64,000 bases of DNA from a bacterium (GTDB lineage: Bacteria > Omnitrophota > Gorgyraeia > Zapsychrales > Zapsychraceae), in the NCBI GenBank assembly GCA_030429765.1, contig JAUIER010000009.1, positions 49,941 through 113,940 on the forward strand. Reading direction: 5' to 3'. The notes beneath the pieces were generated by a model, which did not search any database, was not told the origin of the DNA, and saw only the letters and a program-made list of their open reading frames with translations. The translations under genes and the position numbers were made by a program. Shown here one piece after another: positions 49,251-60,400 of this stretch (the stretch's first letter is position 1; the number at the start of each line of letters is the position of its first letter).

Positions 49251-50727
49251 ATATTCGTCCGTAATTCTAAGTTTGATTATGGTGTTGAGTATGAGTATTC
49301 CTGCCTCCGGCGACAATTTTATCAAGAAGCCTAATGTCAGCGGACAATTTTATGACGCGGACGGTCAACGTCTGTCCAGAGGATTGGATGACATGTTCCG
49401 TGAGGCCTCTGTGGAGCCGCTGACCGAGCCGGTGGAGATTATTATCGCGCCGCACGCGGGATATGTGTATTCCGGGGCAACTGCAGCGCATAGTTTCAAA
49501 GCGGTCAAAAATCAGAAAATTTCGACGGTTGTGATTTTAGCTCCCAGTCATTTCTATGGCCTTTCCGGTATCTCTGTCTGGGAGCAAGGCGGATTCGAAA
49601 CGCCGCTGGGCGTGGCCGAGGTGGATGCGGAATTCACCCGGGCTCTGCTGGAGTCGGACGACGCAGTATCGTTTGATCGCAAGGCATTCGACAAAGAACA
49701 TTCGCTGGAAGTGGAGATCCCTTTTGTGCAGCGGACATTTCCCGACGCGAAAATTGTTCCCGTAGTCATGGGGCAGCCTCATCCGGACAAATTGGTGAAG
49801 TTCGCAAAGGCGCTCGACGGACTGATGGGTGAACGTGAAGATGTGCTTGTTGTCGTGAGTACGGACTTTTCACATTATCACGAGGACAAGATAGCTCGTA
49901 AGTTGGATCAGGCCACGATTGAGGCGGTGCGATCGTTGGACGCGCAAAAAGTGTATGAAGGTTGCCGCACGCGTGAGATGGAGATGTGCGGATGTATTCC
50001 CGTGGTCACATCAATGCTGTTGGCCCAGTTGCGCGGGGCCACGCAAGTAGATTTGCTGAAGTATGCGAATTCGGGAGATGTGAGTGGTGACCGGGACCGG
50101 GTGGTCGGATACGGTGCGTTGATCTTTCGTCAGAAAAGCGCTAGCGCTGCGGCATCGGATCAAGCGTTGTCGGATCCGCAAAAACGTCGTCTTTTGGCCA
50201 TCGCGCGACAAGCCATTGATTTGTATGTCAGCGAGGGGAAAACGGTTGACGTTCAAGAAAGCGACACACGGTTGTTGGAGGAAGAAGGGGCGTTTGTCTC
50301 GATTTATAGACATGGCCGGCTGCGTGGATGTATCGGTAATATTTTGGGAAATGGGCCTTTATGTTTAACCGTGCGTGATGTCGCTATATCGTCGGCGGTG
50401 CGAGATCACCGTTTTAAACCGCTGCAGAAGGATGAGCTCGACGACATAGATCTGGAGGTTTCTGTGTTGTCTAAGCCTCGCCGGATTAAGGACATCAACG
50501 AGATTGAGATGGGTAAGCACGGGGTGATTATTTCGCAGGGACGCAACAGTGGTGTATTTTTGCCGCAGGTGGCCACGTCGACGGGGTGGTCGCGTGATGA
50601 ATTTTTATCGGAATTATGTTCCCAGAAGGCCGGGTTGCCCAGGGATTGCTGGAAGGATCCCGACCGGGTGAACATTGAAATATTTTCGGCGGATGTCTTC
50701 GCCGATAAAGATTTTGCCAATCCCTAA
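49243..50727 (+). CDS. AmmeMemoRadiSam protein B (MEMO1-like) fused to protein A (AMMECR1-like), with signal peptide
   Basis: P.V.GQFY, PHAGYVYSG, EHSLEV, STDFSHY; C-terminal GAFV, LRGCIG, D.RF, FLPQVA. Confidence 0.88.
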   Translation: MTKYSSVILSLIMVLSMSIPASGDNFIKKPNVSGQFYDADGQRLSRGLDDMFREASVEPLTEPVEIIIAPHAGYVYSGATAAHSFKAVKNQKISTVVILAPSHFYGLSGISVWEQGGFETPLGVAEVDAEFTRALLESDDAVSFDRKAFDKEHSLEVEIPFVQRTFPDAKIVPVVMGQPHPDKLVKFAKALDGLMGEREDVLVVVSTDFSHYHEDKIARKLDQATIEAVRSLDAQKVYEGCRTREMEMCGCIPVVTSMLLAQLRGATQVDLLKYANSGDVSGDRDRVVGYGALIFRQKSASAAASDQALSDPQKRRLLAIARQAIDLYVSEGKTVDVQESDTRLLEEEGAFVSIYRHGRLRGCIGNILGNGPLCLTVRDVAISSAVRDHRFKPLQKDELDDIDLEVSVLSKPRRIKDINEIEMGKHGVIISQGRNSGVFLPQVATSTGWSRDEFLSELCSQKAGLPRDCWKDPDRVNIEIFSADVFADKDFANP

Positions 50728-50787
50728 AACACGCGTCCGGCACGGCTACCGGCCGTGATATTGCCCGGATTGATTGAGCGGATAACG

Positions 50788-51399
50788 ATGTCGACCAAGT
50801 TAATCCTTCCTATCAATGTTTTATGTCAATTAGCTGGTCTGTTTGTATTCATAACGTATCCTGATTTTCGTCTATTTGCCGTCTTTATCCCGCTATCTGT
50901 GGCTTTCAACTCCATACGTTCCACCCGTGTCCGCAATACGTACATATCCCTGTTTGTGATTGTCTGGATGTTGTTGTTTCAGTACGAATCGATTCGCACG
51001 TTTTATCTCAATCAAAACTTTAAAAAAGACTTTCCCAAAACCCGGTTTCTGTTTCCACCGGCTGGCTGGATCATGTTTTACAATGTCGGTAATTCGGCGG
51101 GATATATCGAGGTGTTCGGTTTCAAAGACGGCGTGCCGCAATTTATAGATCCGCATGACATCTTTGAAACGCGTACAATCGGCTACGATAATATTCATCG
51201 AGGCATTCTGGGCGCGGTCAGCGATCGTAATCCTCAAAAGGCGATGCAGTTCTGCCGATTCCTCAATTACAAGTTTCCGTACTTTGATAAATTTTACGTC
51301 GCGGCATCGTATCATCCGGATCTGGTCAAAGAACGGTTTGAACGCCGCCAGCGAATCTTGTATCAGTGTGATGAAAATCAGATCAAGTTCATGAAATGA
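50788..51399 (+). CDS. Membrane protein, probable partner of the downstream HTTM protein
   Basis: N-terminal TM segments, FLFPPAGWIMFY motif, coupled to the next gene by ATGA overlap. Confidence 0.6.
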   Translation: MSTKLILPINVLCQLAGLFVFITYPDFRLFAVFIPLSVAFNSIRSTRVRNTYISLFVIVWMLLFQYESIRTFYLNQNFKKDFPKTRFLFPPAGWIMFYNVGNSAGYIEVFGFKDGVPQFIDPHDIFETRTIGYDNIHRGILGAVSDRNPQKAMQFCRFLNYKFPYFDKFYVAASYHPDLVKERFERRQRILYQCDENQIKFMK

Positions 51400-52661
51400 A
51401 ATTTATAAAATCCATATGGTCCCGCTTATTTCTGGAAGAACGCTCATCGATGAGTTTGAGTGTGTTTCGTATGGCGGTGGCATTCACCGTCTTTGCGCAT
51501 GTGTTCCCGTCGCTGATGCATCCGCATGACAATTATTTGCCGACGGCCTTTCGCGAGTTTAATGCTAGTATTTTTCCGGTTTATATTCTTGAATGGGTGA
51601 TCCAGAGTCCGGCATGGGTTATTTATTTGTTCACCGGGCTGTTTTGCCTATTTTCATTTTGCTTTTTTGTAGGCTTTTTGTCGCAGTTCAGCGCAATTGC
51701 GACAATGATCTGCTGTTACTATTTTTACGCGCTTAACAGTTTTCACGTCGGGACATTATCATGGGATATCCTACTGGTGACATTGTTCCTGATGTGTCTG
51801 GTGCCGTATCATGGCGATTATTTTTCAGTCGACAGTTTTCTTAAGGGGAGGGAGGGGTGGAGGCGCAAACGTCCGTATTTTCTGCAGCGGTTGCTTCAGG
51901 TACAGATCGCGTTTACGTTTTTCTATACAGCATTATGGAAGATTTATCCTAAAGGTAATTGGCTTCAGGATAATCCGATTCACTATTTGATGAACATGCC
52001 CCCGCCGGGTGTAACCAAATGGTTTTTGTTGCGGGATGTGTTGCGCGATAAGCCGGAGATTTGTTATTGGATTGGTGTCGGTGTGATCGTCGCTGAATTC
52101 CTGATGCTGTTTTTGCTGTTTATCCGGCGGACCAGATCGTCCGCGATTTATGCCGGTATATTTTTTCATATCGTGCTGATCCTCACGCTCGATGTGCCGG
52201 CGACATTTTTCTTTTTATTTCCCGCGCAACTACTTTTATTTATCAATCCGGACCATTGGTTGGATTGGATTGAACAAAAGCGTGCGTATCATCGGTCGGC
52301 CAGCCGGCCCGTATTGCTTTATGACGGTGATTGTCGATTCTGCCGTTTTTGTGTAAAGCGGATTCAGATCATGGATATGTATGCCCGCTACCGCTATACA
52401 CCCTATCAATCGATTCCGCAGTTAGCGTCGATCCATCCATCCCTGACCCTCGCAATGTGCAGGCGTGAAGTGATTCTGGTTGAACCGTCTGGGAAAATTC
52501 GCGGCGGAATTGACGCGCTTCGCCGGATGAGCCTGAACCTTCCGATGATGTACCTATGGATTCCTCTGCTATATCTGCCCGGGATGGGCATTCTAGGATC
52601 CGCGATTTATCGAGTGATTGCCCGAAATCGTGGACGCATTCGCTTGCCGCAAATGTCCTAG
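51396..52661 (+). CDS. HTTM-domain membrane protein fused to a DCC1/DUF393 thiol-disulfide domain
   Basis: SLSVFR, SVD, RLLQVQ...F.TAL.K...W, FH; C-terminal YDGDCRFC and Y..IARNR. Confidence 0.75.
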   Translation: MKFIKSIWSRLFLEERSSMSLSVFRMAVAFTVFAHVFPSLMHPHDNYLPTAFREFNASIFPVYILEWVIQSPAWVIYLFTGLFCLFSFCFFVGFLSQFSAIATMICCYYFYALNSFHVGTLSWDILLVTLFLMCLVPYHGDYFSVDSFLKGREGWRRKRPYFLQRLLQVQIAFTFFYTALWKIYPKGNWLQDNPIHYLMNMPPPGVTKWFLLRDVLRDKPEICYWIGVGVIVAEFLMLFLLFIRRTRSSAIYAGIFFHIVLILTLDVPATFFFLFPAQLLLFINPDHWLDWIEQKRAYHRSASRPVLLYDGDCRFCRFCVKRIQIMDMYARYRYTPYQSIPQLASIHPSLTLAMCRREVILVEPSGKIRGGIDALRRMSLNLPMMYLWIPLLYLPGMGILGSAIYRVIARNRGRIRLPQMS

Positions 52662-52827
52662 TCTGTCCAACTGAGTCCTATTTAAAAAATCTTTTTAAAC
52701 TATTTATTTTTCAGGGACTTATACGAAAAAATCCACTCACCTCAATTTGCGTATTACTGCCCGAATAAGGCCTCGAATCAGCCATTTCAGTCCCCTCCAA
52801 ATGCTCAAAAATTAATCAAAAAAAATA

Positions 52828-52855
52828 TTGCTAGACATACCGCTTTTGCTAGTAT
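52828..52855 (+). promoter_or_regulatory. Putative promoter at the start of the repeat/RAYT/giant-gene locus
   Basis: TTGCTA-16 bp-TAGTAT with extended TG; predicted start falls at the first palindrome. Confidence 0.4.
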
Positions 52856-52859
52856 ATGT

Positions 52860-52945
52860 AAGGTGGCACTTTAATATATATAAGTAGACGGTTTATAAAT
52901 AGTTATAAGTAGACGGTTTATTATACATATTAAGTAGACGGTTTA
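52860..52945. repeat. Array 1: AAGGTGGCACTTT followed by 3 identical TAAGTAGACGGTTTAT units, 25-bp period
   Basis: Units start at 52881, 52906 and 52931. Confidence 0.9.
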
Positions 52946-53255
52946 TAAATGACCAAAGGGGGAGGGAAGAGATCCCCCGGTCGGACATTGTATTTAAAGA
53001 GGACGGGGGGTCCTTAATCGTCGTCGGCACGACGCCATCCTGAGATCGACATTCCGAACCATGAGGGTGAAGACATTAGTTTCCACGCGCTAATCAAAAA
53101 TGACATAAGTCACATCCAATTCAGTTGCTTACGTCAATCACTTGTCCAGAAGCTCATCACTTTTTCTGTGATGGATGGATACAGTGATGCTTGCCAAGCA
53201 GGGCGTTTCATCAGCAACACAATTCCAGTCGGAACAACAGAATCCAAACAAAAAA

Positions 53256-53416
53256 AGAACCAGGTACGTATTTATAAATTAGTACACGGTACTTTAAATA
53301 ATTTAAGTAGATGGTTGAATAATATAAAAAGGTACCATCTTAAAGATATTAATAAAGTAGCATGCACTATAAATAATTATAGTACATGGAACTATAAAAT
53401 AAAAAGGTGCCATCTT
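53256..53416. repeat. Array 2: seven 13-bp palindrome-like cores at about 25-bp period, ending in AAGGTGCCATCTT
   Basis: Cores at 53256, 53281, 53306, 53329, 53356, 53381, 53404 separated by AT-rich spacers. Confidence 0.85.
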
Positions 53417-53425
53417 AGGTAGCTC

Positions 53426-54091
53426 ATGCCAAGAGCCAGTCGCATAACACAGGCAGGGGTATTACATCACGTCATCTCGAGAGGGAATGCCAATCAGGAC
53501 CTCTTTCGGGATATCGATGATAATCGCAAATACCTCGCGTTATTAAGAGAAGCTGTGAGTCAGTTTCCTTTATATGTCTACAATTATGCGCTGACTAAAA
53601 ATACGGTGCACCTGTTGGTAGAGCCCAAGCAGGACGGGATGCTTTCCAAGGCCATGGAGAGTGTCACCAGGGAGTATGCCAAATATTTCAATCAGAAATA
53701 CAATAGTATCGGACATGTGTTTGCCGGCCGATTCAAAAGTTTCGCGGTCCAACCGGACCAATTTTTCCTCGCCTGTAGTCGATATATCGACTTAAATCCA
53801 GTCAATCACGAACTTGTCAAAGAGGCCAAAGATTATAACTTCAGCGGATACGGTGTATTGGCCTTTGGACATGAGGGAGAGTACGCCGTTGATCAGCATG
53901 ATTTGTATAAGGCCTTGGGCGGAACGGATCATGATCGTCAGTTGGTATACCGCAGTTTAGTGCATCAGTATCTGGGCGCGGAATTAGATTTGGAGAATCG
54001 AAAGAGCGGAATCCTTGGATCTAAAGAGTTTAAGACGCTGGTAAAAAGCGGAGCCAATGTCAAAGATGTCAAGTTTAAGAAAGGTTTATAA
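53426..54091 (+). CDS. REP-associated tyrosine transposase (RAYT/Y1 HUH) homologue with a degenerate HUH motif
   Basis: MPR..R, HHVISRGN..Q.LF, YFN.KY...GHVF.GRFKS, RYIDLNPV; NTVHLL where NHVHLL is expected. Confidence 0.85.
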   Translation: MPRASRITQAGVLHHVISRGNANQDLFRDIDDNRKYLALLREAVSQFPLYVYNYALTKNTVHLLVEPKQDGMLSKAMESVTREYAKYFNQKYNSIGHVFAGRFKSFAVQPDQFFLACSRYIDLNPVNHELVKEAKDYNFSGYGVLAFGHEGEYAVDQHDLYKALGGTDHDRQLVYRSLVHQYLGAELDLENRKSGILGSKEFKTLVKSGANVKDVKFKKGL

Positions 54092-54350
54092 GGTGGCACC
54101 TTTATTACAAAAAGAACGTGGTACAAATAATATATTAAGTGCATGGTACTTAAAAATGCATAAGTACATGGTACATAATATACAAATAGTGCATGGTACT
54201 TTAATATCAAAAAGTAGTAGGTACATTAAATGCATAAAAGTACATGCTACTAAAATATTTATAAGAACCTGGTTCTTAAAACACTGTAAGAACCTGGTAC
54301 TTATTATCAATATAGAACATGGTACTAAAATACAGAAAAGTAGCCTCTTT
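54090..54350. repeat. Array 3: AAGGTGGCACCTT followed by about ten AGWRCNNNGTWCW-type cores at 25-bp period
   Basis: Cores at 54113, 54138, 54163, 54188, 54213, 54239, 54264, 54289, 54314, 54339 (last one degenerate). Confidence 0.9.
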
Positions 54351-54442
54351 GTTAAATCATCCTTTGAATCTGTTTCTAGGCGTTTTAGGACCATATGGGC
54401 CAATGAGTTTCAAGGTTGTATGTTCCAACAAAGGATCGGCAG

Positions 54443-57400
54443 TTGTTAAAGCGTAAGTCTAAAATTTGGTTGATAAGGTTGCTCGCCATTCTATGGATGG
54501 GTGTCGCTTCCTTATATATGTCGACGGCGGCATTTGCCCAGTTAGACATAGAGGCCATTTTTGACACGAACGATGGAACCAGCGGTTTCGATATGCAGGA
54601 TGTGGACAACACCACACAGGTCTTTATCGATTCAGACGGTAATATCGTGACACGTGGATGCGTGCGTCTGGACAGCGGCTTAACGGAATGTACTGATTCT
54701 GAGACATTGATTGTCGATGGAACGTTGGGAGTCGGAGTGGTTGCCCCGGCTACAGTATTCCACGTGGATTCCAATGCGGGAGCCGCCACGCCGATCATGA
54801 CGGTTGAAAACACGGTCGGCGACTTCCAGGTTCATATCTTTAGCGGAAGCCCGGAAAGCAATGTGATCGGTTCGCCGGGGGATCTGTGTGTCGATCCGGC
54901 TGGTGGTATGGTCTACATCAAATCTGCCGGGGCCGGAACCAATACGGGTTGGACCGAAGTTGCAACGGGTGGAGGTATGCCGCAATGGACACAGACCGGA
55001 ACGGTCGTTCATCCGAACACGATGTCGGATGATGTGGCTATCGGCGGGACCAGTGAGGCCACGGCCGAGGTGTTCTTCCGAAACGATGGTCAAACAGTAT
55101 TTAATGAACAAGGGCGCGCGGTGAGTTTCCGCATCGAAGGTGACAATGTTCCGAACCTATTTGTGGTCAATGGAACGCTTGACCGTATCGGTATCGGAAC
55201 CTCAACGCCGGATGCGGCGGCGATCCTGGATCTGTCCGCCACCAATGCGGCCTTACGCTTAACACGTTTGAGCGATCCATCCACCGACATCGCCGTACCG
55301 CGCAACGGTATGATCGTCTATGATTCGACGGATGCTGAACTCCAGGCGTATGTCGGCGGAAGTTGGATTATGTTGGCGGCCGGCGGTATGATCGATATTT
55401 CGTCGGATACCAATCTAACCGCCGGTTTTGGAATTACGCTTACGGGCGATACCGTCAGTGTCACCGACCTGTATGTTCAAACAGCTGGCGATTCAATGCA
55501 GGGATCGCTGCAGTTTGTCGGGGTTGGATCAGACATTACCACCGGTACCGGTGAAGATTTAGCCTTGATGCCGGATTCGGGTCGGGTTGGTATTGGTGTT
55601 ACAGCGCCGGATGCCGGAGCGATTCTTGATTTGAGCGCGACGGATAAAGCCCTTCGCCTGACACGATTGAGTGATCCAGCGACGGACATCGCCGTGCCTC
55701 GAAACGGTATGATCGTATACGACTCGACGGATGCCGAACTGCAAGCCTATGTCGGCGGCAGTTGGGTGATGTTGGCTGAGGGCGGCATGATTGACATTTC
55801 ATCCGATACCAACTTGACGGCTGGATTTGGAATCACCATCACCGGTGACACGATTAGTGTGACAGACCTGTATGTTCAAACCGCCGGTGATTCGATGCAG
55901 GGATCATTGCAGTTTGTCGGGGTGGGATCAGACATTACGACCGGTACCGGAGAAGATTTAGCGTTGATGCCGGATTCAGGGCGGGTCGGTATTGGTGTTA
56001 CAGCGCCGGATGCCGGGGCCATTCTTGATTTGAGCGCGACAGACAAAGCCCTTCGCTTAACACGCTTAAGTGATCCATCCACCGACATCGCTGTCCCACG
56101 CAACGGTATGATCGTCTATGACTCGACCGATGCCGAGCTGCAAGCCTATGTCGGCGGCAGTTGGGTGATGCTGGCTGAAGGCGGCATGATCGACATTTCA
56201 TCTGATACCAACCTGACGGCCGGATTTGGTATCACGATTACCGGTGATACGGTGAGCGTCACGGATCTGTACGTGCAAACGGCAGGCGATTCAATGCAGG
56301 GAACCTTGCAGTTTGTGGGTGTGGCAACCGATATCACAACAGCTGCAGGTGAAGATCTAACATTACAACCAGGAACGGGCGGTGACGTTGTTGTGTCACA
56401 ATCTCGACTGGGCGTTGGAACGAGCACGCCGGGTGTCAGTACTATTCTTGATTTAAGTGCGACCGATCGCGCGCTACGTGTCACACGCTTGAGTGATCCT
56501 TCCACCGATATCGTGACACCGCGCAACGGTATGATCGTCTATGACTCGACGGATGCTGAACTGCAAGCCTATGTGGGCGGCAGTTGGGTGATGCTGGCGG
56601 AAGGCGGTATGATTGATATTTCTTCCGATACCAACTTGACCGCCGGATTCGGTATCACGATTACCGGAGATACGGTGAGCGTGACTGACCTATATCTACA
56701 AACCGCCGGTGATTCAATGCAGGGATCGCTTGAATTTGCGGGTGTCGCAACGGATATCATAACCTCTGCCGGTGAAGACTTGACGTTGCAGCCTGGAACC
56801 GGGGGTGACGTCGTTGTATCACAATCACGTTTAGGTGTAGGAACGAGCACGCCGGGTGTCAGTACTATTCTTGATTTAAGTGCGACCGATCGCGCGCTAC
56901 GTGTCACACGCCTGAGTGATCCGACGACCGATGTCGCGACACCGCGTAATGGTATGATCGCCTACGACTCAACGGATAATGAACTCATGGCGTATATCAA
57001 CGGATCATGGCAGATGCTGGCAGAAGGCGGCATGATCGATATTTCATCTGATACCAACTTGACGGCCGGATTCGGTATCACGATTACGGGAGATACCGTC
57101 AGCGTCACGGATCTATATGTTCAGACCGCGGGTGATTCAATGCAGGGATCATTGCAATTCGTGGGCGTTGGTTCTGACATTACGACAGGCACCGGTGAGG
57201 ATCTGGCCTTGATGCCGGGTTCGGGTCGGGTCGGTATTGGCGTCACAGCGCCGGACGCCGGGGCCATTCTTGATTTGAGCGCGACAGACAAAGCCCTTCG
57301 CCTGACACGCCTGAGCGATCCATCCACCGACATCGCTGTCCCACGAAACGGTATGATCGTCTATGACTCAACCGATGCCGAGCTGCAAGCTTATGTGGGC

Positions 57401-60400
57401 GGCAGCTGGGTGATGCTGGCAGAAGGTGGCATGATCGACATTTCATCTGATACCAACTTGACGGCCGGATTCGGTATCACGATTACCGGTGATACCGTGA
57501 GCGTCACAGATCTATATGTGCAAACAGCGGGCGATTCGATGCAGGGATCATTACAGTTTGTCGGAGTGGCAACCGATATCACGACAGCCGCGGGTGAAGA
57601 TCTGACCTTACAACCGGGCGCCGGCGGTGACGTTGTTGTATCCCAATCTCGACTGGGCGTTGGAACGAGCACGCCGGGTGTCAGTACAATTTTAGATTTG
57701 AGCGCGAGTGATCGGGCGCTACGGGTTACGCGACTCACTGATCCAGCGGCGAACATTGCGACACCACGCAATGGTATGATCGCGTACGATTCATCTGATA
57801 ACGAACTGCAGGCGTATGTCAATGGATCATGGGTGATGTTGGCCGAAGGCGGCATGATCGATATTTCTTCCGATACCAATTTGACCGCTGGATTCGGTAT
57901 CACTATCACGGGCGACACAGTGAGCGTGACGGATCTGTATGTTCAAACGGCCGGGGATTCAATGCAGGGATCCTTGCAGTTTGTCGGAGTGGCAACCGAT
58001 ATCACGACGGCCGCGGGTGAAGATCTGACCTTGCAACCGGGTGCCGGGGGTGACGTCGTTGTGTCACAATCCCGTTTAGGTGTTGGAACCAGCACGCCGG
58101 ATGTGAGTACCATACTTGACTTGAGCGCGACTGATCGCGCGCTGCGTGTCACTCGATTAAGTGATCCATCGACGGATATCGCGACACCGCGTAACGGTAT
58201 GATCGTCTACGACTCGACCGATGCCGAACTGCAAGCGTATGTGGGTGGTAGTTGGGTGATGCTCGCTGAGGGCGGCATGATCGATATCTCCGATGACACC
58301 AACCTAACGGCTGGATTCGGCATCACCATCACGGGTGATACGATCAGCGTGACGGATCTCTACCTACAAACAGCCGGTGATTCCATGAGCGGGACATTGC
58401 AGATGGCGCAATTGTCAGATCCGACCATGACGTTCACACCATCCGGTGCGGATACAGATTTCTGGATCGGCGTACAGGACAATAACAATAATACCAATGA
58501 TGATTCCTTCCAAATCGGCGCGGGAAGTACGGCCGGTTCTAATTCTTATTTCGCGATTACATCCGACGGGACAATCGATATTAGCGGCGCGACGCTACTC
58601 AAACTACCGGCGTCGGCTTCTCCGGTATTGCCAACATCGGCAGGTGAGGTTGTGCTGGATCTTAACGCCCTAAGCGGAACAACCGGACAAGGATTGCTGA
58701 CGGTCTCCGATGGTCGACAGCAAACGTATGTTGTAGCGACAGATACACTCCCGCCGGCCGACGGACGAATACCAAAATACGACGCGGCCAGCGGTACGAT
58801 TCAGTGGTTGCCGGATAACGATACCGGCTTCCCGGCATGGGATTCTATCCAGGATGCCTCCGGACAGGGAACAATTGATTATCTGACATTCTCGCAACGC
58901 ATTGAAACCAGTATTACCGACGGTACGGGCGGTATCGGTCTTGAATTGCGATCGACGGATCTGGGTGTCGGTACGTCGGATGTGGTCTTGTTAGATCTGC
59001 AGGCGCAGCAGAATGATGATCCGAACTTTGTTCCATTACGTATTCGGGACGACATCGGCGGAACAGCGGATACGCTGGTTGAAGTGGATTATCAAGGTAG
59101 TATCTTGACGGAAGGTACGTTGCGGGTTGCGGCGGATGCGGACCCATCCATCACCTTTGAACCATCGGGTGGCGACACGAATTTCTGGTTAGGCGTTCAG
59201 GATGATGCAGGCGGAGATGACGATGATGTCTTCCAAATCGGTGAAGGTACCGTCGGTGGTAATATTTACTTGACCGTTGATTCCAACGGACGTATTGGGG
59301 TTGGAACATCAACGCCGGCGCTCAGTTCATTGCTAGACCTATCCGCCACAGATGCGGCACTGCGTATCACACGCGTTAGTGATCCATCCGTTAACATTGC
59401 GACACCGCGTAACGGTATGATCGTCTATGATTCGACCGACAATGAACTTCAAGCCTATATTAATGGAAGCTGGGTGATGCTGGCCGAAGGCGGCATGATT
59501 GATATCTCTGATGATACCAACTTGACGGCAGGTTTTGGTATTACGATCACAGGCGACACGGTGAGCGTGACAGATCTATATGTTCAATCCGCGGGTGATT
59601 CGATGAGCGGATCATTGCAATTCGTCGGAGTTGATTCAGATATCACCACGGGTACAGGTGAAGATCTGGCCTTGATGCCGGATTCAGGACGTGTCGGTGT
59701 TGGAACGACATCACCGGATGCCGGTGCGATTCTTGATCTAAGCGCGACGGACAAAGCGCTTCGGTTAACTCGTCTAAGTGATCCTTCAACAGATATCGCC
59801 GTTCCACGCAATGGTATGATTGTCTACGATTCGACGGATGCGGAACTGCAAGCGTATGTGGGTGGTAGTTGGGTAATGCTGGCTGAAGGGGGCATGATCG
59901 ATATCTCCGATGATACCAACTTGACGGCTGGATTCGGTATCACGATTACCGGCGACACGGTCAGTGTCACAGATTTATATGTTCAGACAGCCGGTGATTC
60001 GATGACAGGATCATTGCAATTCGTCGGGGTGGCCAGTGACATCATCACGGCCACGGGTGAAGATCTGACCTTGCGACCGGGAACCGGCGGTGATGTGGTT
60101 GTCGCCCAATCGCGTTTGGGTGTCGGAACCAGCACACCGGGTGTGAGTACGATTCTTGATTTGAGCGCGACGGACCGCGCGCTACGCGTCACACGCTTGA
60201 GTGATCCGACCACCGACGTGGTAACGCCGCGTAATGGTATGATCGCCTATGACTCAACGGATAATGAATTGATGGCGTACATCAACGGATCATGGCAGAT
60301 GCTGGCTGAAGGCGGCATGATCGATATCTCTGATGATACGAACTTGACGGCCGGCTTTGGTATTACGATCACAGGCGACACGGTGAGCGTGACCGATCTA

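Noticed and set aside
481-52768. Many antisense or nested ORFs over housekeeping genes (e.g. 6678-7385, 18435-19112, 28818-29672, 31405-32220, 38626-39378)
   Set aside because: They overlap well-supported genes and show no recognisable motifs
53426-54091. Active IS200/IS605 insertion sequence
   Set aside because: No tnpB, no typical subterminal IS hairpins recognised, RAYT-like length and motifs, degenerate HUH
54113-54326. Cores as LexA boxes (GAAC-N4-GTTC or cyanobacterial GTAC-N4-GTWC)
   Set aside because: Spacing here is N3, the motif is absent from the lexA promoter, and a ten-unit phased ladder is not typical of SOS operators; not fully excluded
52860-54350. CRISPR array interpretation of the periodic repeats
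   Set aside because: Cores are only 13 bp and variable, spacers are about 12 bp and mostly A/T, and there are no cas genes in the window
53168-54449. Short ORFs 53168-53422, 53965-54210, 54057-54449 and 54086-54403
   Set aside because: They run through the AT-rich arrays and have no protein-like features
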